In this document: positions 8,320-12,115 of the stretch, one piece after another
Position numbering within the stretch: the first letter of the stretch is position 1
Layout of the letters: each line of letters opens with the position of its first letter
From: an uncultured bacterium
Lineage (GTDB): Bacteria; Babelota; Babeliae; Babelales; RVW-14
NCBI GenBank assembly: GCA_963759805.1
Contig: CAVXAT010000006.1
Location: forward strand, 1 to 12,115
Reading direction: 5' to 3'
Length of the DNA stretch: 12,115 nt
Program-made: the position numbers and the translations under genes
Notes under the pieces: model-generated
Databases searched by the model: none
Seen by the model: the letters and a program-made list of their open reading frames with translations, nothing else
What the model was told of the DNA's origin: nothing

Positions 8320-8901
8320 TTATGGCATACATAAAATATCTAACGCTGTCCAACCATCATACTCACTGCCGGGGTTGTCTATTTTTGCATAAAGATCTGC
8401 CCCGCCGAAAGTGATAAGAGTTTTTGTGATTTCTGCATGTATTTGGCTGCCAAATACTTTAGTTCGCCATTCGGCAATATGTAATGCTGCCCAGTTATGA
8501 TGATAGCTGTCTGGATGATCCACTCTTGCATTAATATCAGCGCCATTTTGAATAAGCACACGCACGATTGCTTCATGCCCTTGCTCTACAGCGATTTGCA
8601 GCAGTGTCCAGCCGTAATAATTACTTTTAGGATCATATACTCTGGTATTAACCAAAGTATTAAGCAAGCTGTCGTCGTTGGCAACCAAAATATTGCACAC
8701 TTTTTCAGCATTTCCTGCGATCGTGTCAGTAATAAGTTCTTCAATGAGATTTTTTACAAAATTTGTGCTTGGATTGCTAAAGGACTTCTGGTGGGCGCAT
8801 ACCGGTCTTCGGTCATAGGATTTCATTGCAAGTGAAGACGAATAAACCAAACCGGCCAGCATGCCTGATAACAGTATTTTGTTAAAATTTTTCATATTCA
8901 T
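8320..8901 (-). CDS. Secreted ankyrin-repeat protein
   Basis: Ankyrin repeats GWTLLQIAVEQGHEAIVRVLIQNGADIN, NWAALHIA...LITFGGAD and GWTALDI. The N-terminus is signal-like: MNMKNFNKILLSGMLAGLVYSSSLA-M. Confidence 0.88.
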   Translation of the reverse strand: MNMKNFNKILLSGMLAGLVYSSSLAMKSYDRRPVCAHQKSFSNPSTNFVKNLIEELITDTIAGNAEKVCNILVANDDSLLNTLVNTRVYDPKSNYYGWTLLQIAVEQGHEAIVRVLIQNGADINARVDHPDSYHHNWAALHIAEWRTKVFGSQIHAEITKTLITFGGADLYAKIDNPGSEYDGWTALDILCMP

Positions 8902-9362
8902 CCAGTAACTAATCTGTATGGAATTAAAAGAGTTTTATATTCTACACTCCTCATATATTCAAACCTTTTATGTAAATCAAGGACATTCCCACCTAAAAGA
9001 GAGTCAGCCTTGGCTTGGAATTTTTCCTGTAGCGATGTATTACAAAAACAGTATTCATCCAAATATTCGGATGATAAGTTTATTGGATTACATGAAAATT
9101 TACTATAGATGAATATTTCATGTGCAATTTGATAAGATCGGAGCAAATCCGTTATTTTTGAAAGTTTTTCGTCTTCACTAATGGTTTGATCAAATTCTTT
9201 TAAATTTAGAAAATTATTTTTGATATCGTTGGCGAGATTAAAAGAACCCATAACTTGAGTGAGTACAGAAGTTTGCGCGTGCGCATCAATTTGACTCATT
9301 GCATGAGCCTGGGAGTATGCAATTATTAAGAAAGATAGAATTATAAAATTAATCTTGCTCAT
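8898..9362 (-). CDS. Hypothetical secreted protein
   Basis: Signal peptide MSKINFIILSFLIIAYSQAHA-M with an AxA cleavage motif. ATGA overlap with the ankyrin gene at 8898-8901. A strong promoter lies upstream. No recognisable domain. Confidence 0.72.
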   Translation of the reverse strand: MSKINFIILSFLIIAYSQAHAMSQIDAHAQTSVLTQVMGSFNLANDIKNNFLNLKEFDQTISEDEKLSKITDLLRSYQIAHEIFIYSKFSCNPINLSSEYLDEYCFCNTSLQEKFQAKADSLLGGNVLDLHKRFEYMRSVEYKTLLIPYRLVTG

Positions 9363-9422
9363 AGGATTCTCGTTAAAATTGTTTAAAATTGTTTTATTTA
9401 GCCTTTTTATCTAGGGTTTGCA

Positions 9423-9451
9423 ATTGTAGCAATAATAAAACAGGGTGTCAA
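9423..9451 (-). promoter_or_regulatory. Near-consensus sigma70 promoter for the secreted-protein pair
   Basis: Minus strand: TTGACA (9451-9446), a 17-nt spacer ending in TGC, then TACAAT (9428-9423). Confidence 0.72.
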
Positions 9452-9524
9452 AAGCTTTATTCTTTTAAATTAATTTGGATAAAGCCTATAAAAGTCACTT
9501 CTGATTAATAATAAATTTTTTAAC

Positions 9525-9554
9525 TTGACAATAATTGTATATTTTTGTTTTAAT
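9525..9554 (+). promoter_or_regulatory. Sigma70 promoter for the leader-asnA transcript
   Basis: TTGACA (9525-9530), an 18-nt spacer with TG at 9546-9547, then TTTAAT (9549-9554). Confidence 0.55.
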
Positions 9555-9600
9555 AAAGTTCAATAAAAACTTTTTTATGTAAATGAAATTTTAAAAATCG

Positions 9601-9708
9601 ATGTTGTCAAAAATGATGGCTTTAATCACATCCCAAATTATCAATCTTAATAATCAAAATAATAATAACCAAGAGATTGGTCGTGCTGGGGTGTTTTTAA
9701 AACATTAA
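9601..9708 (+). CDS. Putative asnA leader (attenuator) peptide, 35 aa: MLSKMMALITSQIINLNNQNNNNQEIGRAGVFLKH
   Basis: Hand translation gives 7 Asn codons in 9 consecutive codons (9643-9669). Alternative ATGs lie at 9613 and 9616. The ORF sits between the promoter and a terminator upstream of asparagine synthetase. No clear SD. Confidence 0.8.
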   Translation: MLSKMMALITSQIINLNNQNNNNQEIGRAGVFLKH

Positions 9709-9763
9709 GTAAAATAAAAAGTAAAGAATAAAAACCCCAGCTTAAAGCAAGCTGGGGTTTTTT
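9628..9763 (+). promoter_or_regulatory. Transcription attenuator: 1:2 protector, 2:3 antiterminator, 3:4 terminator
   Basis: 1:2 is ACATCCCA (9628-9635) with TGGGGTGT (9687-9694), plus ATCAATCTT (9640-9648) with GAGATTGGT (9673-9681). 2:3 is GCTGGGGT (9685-9692) with ACCCCAGC (9734-9741). 3:4 is the terminator listed next. Confidence 0.8.
9730..9763 (+). terminator. Intrinsic terminator in the asnA 5' leader
   Basis: AAAAACCCCAGCTT-aaagc-AAGCTGGGGTTTTTT is a perfect stem with a U6 tract, ending 30 nt before the asnA start. Confidence 0.9.
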
Positions 9764-9793
9764 AGTTTTAACCCCAAATGAAAGGATCTAACG

Positions 9794-10852
9794 ATGTTGT
9801 GTGGTAAGGCGTTAAAAGAAAAACATGGTGATTGTGAAAAATATTCACCAGCGATCGGATTACGTGATACAGAAAAGGCAATTTATCTGATTAAGAAGAG
9901 TTTTCAAGAGGAGTTGGCCAAAGCGCTTAATTTAACCAGAGTAACCGCTCCAATTTTTGTCAGGGAGGGGACGGGGATAAATGACGATTTAAATGGGATT
10001 GAGCGTCCGGTCTCTTTTGCGGTAAAATCTGATAATGATTCAAAGGCTGTGATTGTGCACTCCCTTGCAAAGTGGAAAAGAATGGCATTAGGAAGTCATG
10101 GATTTTTACCCGGTGAAGGAATTTATACTGATATGAATGCCATACGTGCAGACGAAGAGCTTGATGCACTGCATTCGTTGTACGTTGACCAGTGGGATTG
10201 GGAGAGGGTTATAACCAAGCAAGATCGTAACGTTGAATTTTTAAAGATGATAGTGCGCAAGATTTATGGAGCGATAGCTAGTACGCAGGCCGAAGTATCA
10301 ATGCATTTTCCACAGATAACATCATCTCTTCCCGCTGATATTCATTTTGTGCATGCGGAGGAACTTGAAGATTTATATCCTTCGTTGTCGCGCAAAGAAC
10401 GTGAAAATGAAATTTGTAAAAAATATGGAGCAGTTTTTGTTATAGGAATAGGTGGAAATTTGAAAGACGGCATTCCTCATGATGGCCGAGCCCCTGATTA
10501 TGATGACTGGTCAACCCCAACACATGATGGATTTAAAGGCTTGAATGGTGATATTTTGGTTTGGAATCCTGTTTTGAAAATGGCTTTTGAACTGTCTTCT
10601 ATGGGAATTCGTGTTGATAAAACAGCTTTGGAAGAGCAGCTTAGGATTGTTGGTAAAGAAGATAGAAAAAAATTAATGTTTCATAAAATGCTTCTGGACG
10701 GCAAATTGCCTTTATCTACCGGTGGAGGGATTGGTCAGTCAAGATTGTGCATGTTTTTATTGAAAAAGGTTCACATTGGTGAGGTTCAGGTGAGCGTTTG
10801 GCCGGATGCAATGGTCGGAAGTTGCCTAGAAAAAGGTATTTTTTTATTGTAG
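9794..10852 (+). CDS. asnA: Aspartate--ammonia ligase (asparagine synthetase A)
   Basis: Motifs GINDDLNG, VHSLAKWKR, YTDMNAIR, HSLYVDQWDWE, HDGRAPDYDDW, FELSSMGIRV, GGGIGQSRL and HIGEVQ. SD AAAGGA lies at 9781-9786. Confidence 0.97.
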   Translation: MLCGKALKEKHGDCEKYSPAIGLRDTEKAIYLIKKSFQEELAKALNLTRVTAPIFVREGTGINDDLNGIERPVSFAVKSDNDSKAVIVHSLAKWKRMALGSHGFLPGEGIYTDMNAIRADEELDALHSLYVDQWDWERVITKQDRNVEFLKMIVRKIYGAIASTQAEVSMHFPQITSSLPADIHFVHAEELEDLYPSLSRKERENEICKKYGAVFVIGIGGNLKDGIPHDGRAPDYDDWSTPTHDGFKGLNGDILVWNPVLKMAFELSSMGIRVDKTALEEQLRIVGKEDRKKLMFHKMLLDGKLPLSTGGGIGQSRLCMFLLKKVHIGEVQVSVWPDAMVGSCLEKGIFLL

Positions 10853-10901
10853 TTAGCTTATATCTGGTTACCTGAAAATCTAGTTATTTACTTGAAATTA
10901 T

Positions 10902-10928
10902 GGGCAGAAGATATGGTGTCTTTTGCCC
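10902..10928 (+). terminator. Hairpin downstream of asnA
   Basis: GGGCAGAAGA...TCTTTTGCCC with G-U pairs and no strong U-tract. Confidence 0.4.
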
Positions 10929-11016
10929 TATCAAATTACTGTTTTTAAACTAGAAGTTTTATGGTATCTTAGGTCATGCGAATTTTGATGTTTAACGCTT
11001 TAAAATAGGATGTACC

Positions 11017-11361
11017 ATGGCATCGACTACTGTGACGCTTGAAAAAATAGTTTCATTGTGTAAGCGCAGAGGATTTGTTTATCCATCAGCCGAGATCTAT
11101 TCAGGTCTTAACGGCGTGTATGACTTTGGTCCGCTCGGTGCGCTGCTTAAGCAAAACATCAAACATGCCTGGTTAGAATATATGACCAGTTTTCCCGAAG
11201 AGGTTGTGCTTGTTGACGGTTCAATTTTGGGTGCTCCGGATGTCTGGAAGGCGTCAGGTCACGTTGATAATTTTAGTGATCCACTGGTAGACTGCTTGGC
11301 TTGTAAAAAACGGTTCAGAGCCGATGAATTTAAGCTTGAGGATGGCTGCCCAAATTGTGGG
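11017..11361 (+). CDS. glyQS: Glycine--tRNA ligase, alpha2 homodimeric type; N-terminal ~115 aa only, truncated at the junction
   Basis: Motifs [56 protein letters not shown] and CPNCG, with SD TAGGA at 11006-11010. The translation after CPNCG, to the stop at 11499, is unrelated to GlyRS. Confidence 0.93.
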
Positions 11362-11665
11362 CCTCCACCGTCATCTTGTCGGTGTTCTCCAACATCGCGG
11401 TCTTACCGGCTGACCAGAGCGCAGACAACGCCGCTTGCATATCGACGGCCGGCGGCGTTTCGACCGTCGCCACGGCGGTCGGCGTCGAATCCTCGATAGG
11501 CGGCGAAGGCGAAGCCACGGCCGCAAGCCCGCACTCGATTTGCCGGCGAATCTCTTTCGGTGGCAGCCCACTATCAAGCCCCGATTCTTCGAGCAAGGCC
11601 ACGGCCAGCACCAAGGGGCAAGCAAACTCGGCAAGATTCGCGGCGGCAGAGTACAAGAGCCGGTT
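11362..11665 (-). other. GC-rich foreign fragment of a coding region (NRLLYSAAANLAEFACPLVLAVALLEESGLDSGLPPKEIRRQIECGL...), possibly a primase C-terminal (PriCT-like) helical domain
   Basis: The open minus-strand frame has a protein-like amphipathic helical pattern. The R-x-x-L-[FY]-x-AA ... GL-x-x-x-E-I-x-R-x-I layout recalls PriCT domains, judged by eye only. No native start or stop lies within the fragment. Confidence 0.35.
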
Positions 11666-12115
11666 CGCGCCCTGATCGCGCCTTTCAGGCGACCCCGGTC
11701 GGCGATGCCTGGGCGGATCCCGACTCGCATTTTGCTCGGGCTCGACAATCTCGGCCGCGACCTCATGAGCCGGCTGATCTATGGCGCGCGCATCTCGATC
11801 GGGCTCGCGCTGATGATCACCGCTTTTTCCTTCACCATCGGCATCATCCGGGTTCCCCGCGCGGTCGCCGGCGGCTGGGTCGATCAGGCGCTGTCGCGCC
11901 TCGTCGACTTCCTGCTCTCGATGCCGACGCTGATCTTCGCCTTCGTCGTCCTGTCGGTGCTCGGCACGGCGATCCCGGTGCTCATCATCACCATCGCGGT
12001 GCTGGATTCGACCAAGGTGTTCCGCCTCGCCCGCGCGGTCGCGATCGGGATCGTCAACCTCGAGTTCGTCGAGGCCGCGCGGCTGCGTGGCGAAGGCTGG
12101 TGGTGGATCGTGCGA
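11664..12115 (+). CDS. Partial DppC/OppC-family peptide/nickel ABC transporter permease with frameshifts, from a high-GC organism
   Basis: The frame from 11735 to the window end reads LGLDNLGRDLMSRLIYGARISIG...GGWVDQALSRLVDFLLSMPTLIFA...EFVEAARLRGE (EAA loop). The upstream part (GDAWADPDSHF at 11701-11733, and FAP.IAPF from 11664) is joined through frameshifts. Third positions are strongly G/C-biased. Confidence 0.85.

Noticed and set aside
9583..9594. Mini-ORF ATG AAA TTT TAA upstream of the leader
   Set aside because: It has only three codons and no SD, as expected by chance in AT-rich DNA.
9649..9669. AAT run as a mere AT-rich microsatellite
   Set aside because: It is in frame with three ATGs, includes a synonymous AAC, matches the product of the downstream enzyme and is correctly spaced from the antiterminator. 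Chance is not fully excluded.
9555..9793. T-box riboswitch upstream of asnA
   Set aside because: No T-box consensus (GGTGGNACC) or Stem I motifs are visible. The in-frame Asn run and helix geometry fit a leader peptide instead.
4397..10169. Small overlapping ORFs 4397-4777, 7159-7401, 7815-8018, 8379-8576, 8497-8835, 8918-9112 and 9960-10169
   Set aside because: They overlap better-supported genes and have no recognisable motifs or translation signals.
11362..11499. Novel C-terminal domain or intein/intron in GlyRS
   Set aside because: It is a low-complexity read-through into foreign GC-rich DNA, with no intein or intron motifs, and GlyRS does not resume in the window.
11355..11766. ORFs 11355-11675 (+) and 11371-11766 (-)
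   Set aside because: These are shadow frames in GC-rich DNA that cross junctions and have unnatural composition.

Overview
Bases 1 to ~11360 are an AT-rich bacterial chromosome segment. The gene content (giant NSNA-repeat protein, secreted ankyrin protein, '...AM' signal peptides) resembles Babelota/Dependentiae (TM6), but that taxonomy is an inference. In order: a 5'-truncated giant repeat surface protein, adenylate kinase with an unexpected lipoprotein-type N-terminus, an RRM RNA-binding protein, a nested palindromic repeat element, an acyl-CoA-synthetase/ACP/acyltransferase fusion, two coupled secreted proteins, asnA, and the start of an alpha2-type glycyl-tRNA synthetase. At ~11361 the sequence switches abruptly to GC-rich DNA of other origin (a helical-domain fragment, then a frameshifted DppC-like permease), most likely a chimeric contig end. 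The main finding is an unannotated asparagine-rich leader peptide (9601-9708, NLNNQNNNN) with complete 1:2, 2:3 and 3:4 alternative helices upstream of asnA, i.e. a candidate ribosome-mediated asparagine attenuator.
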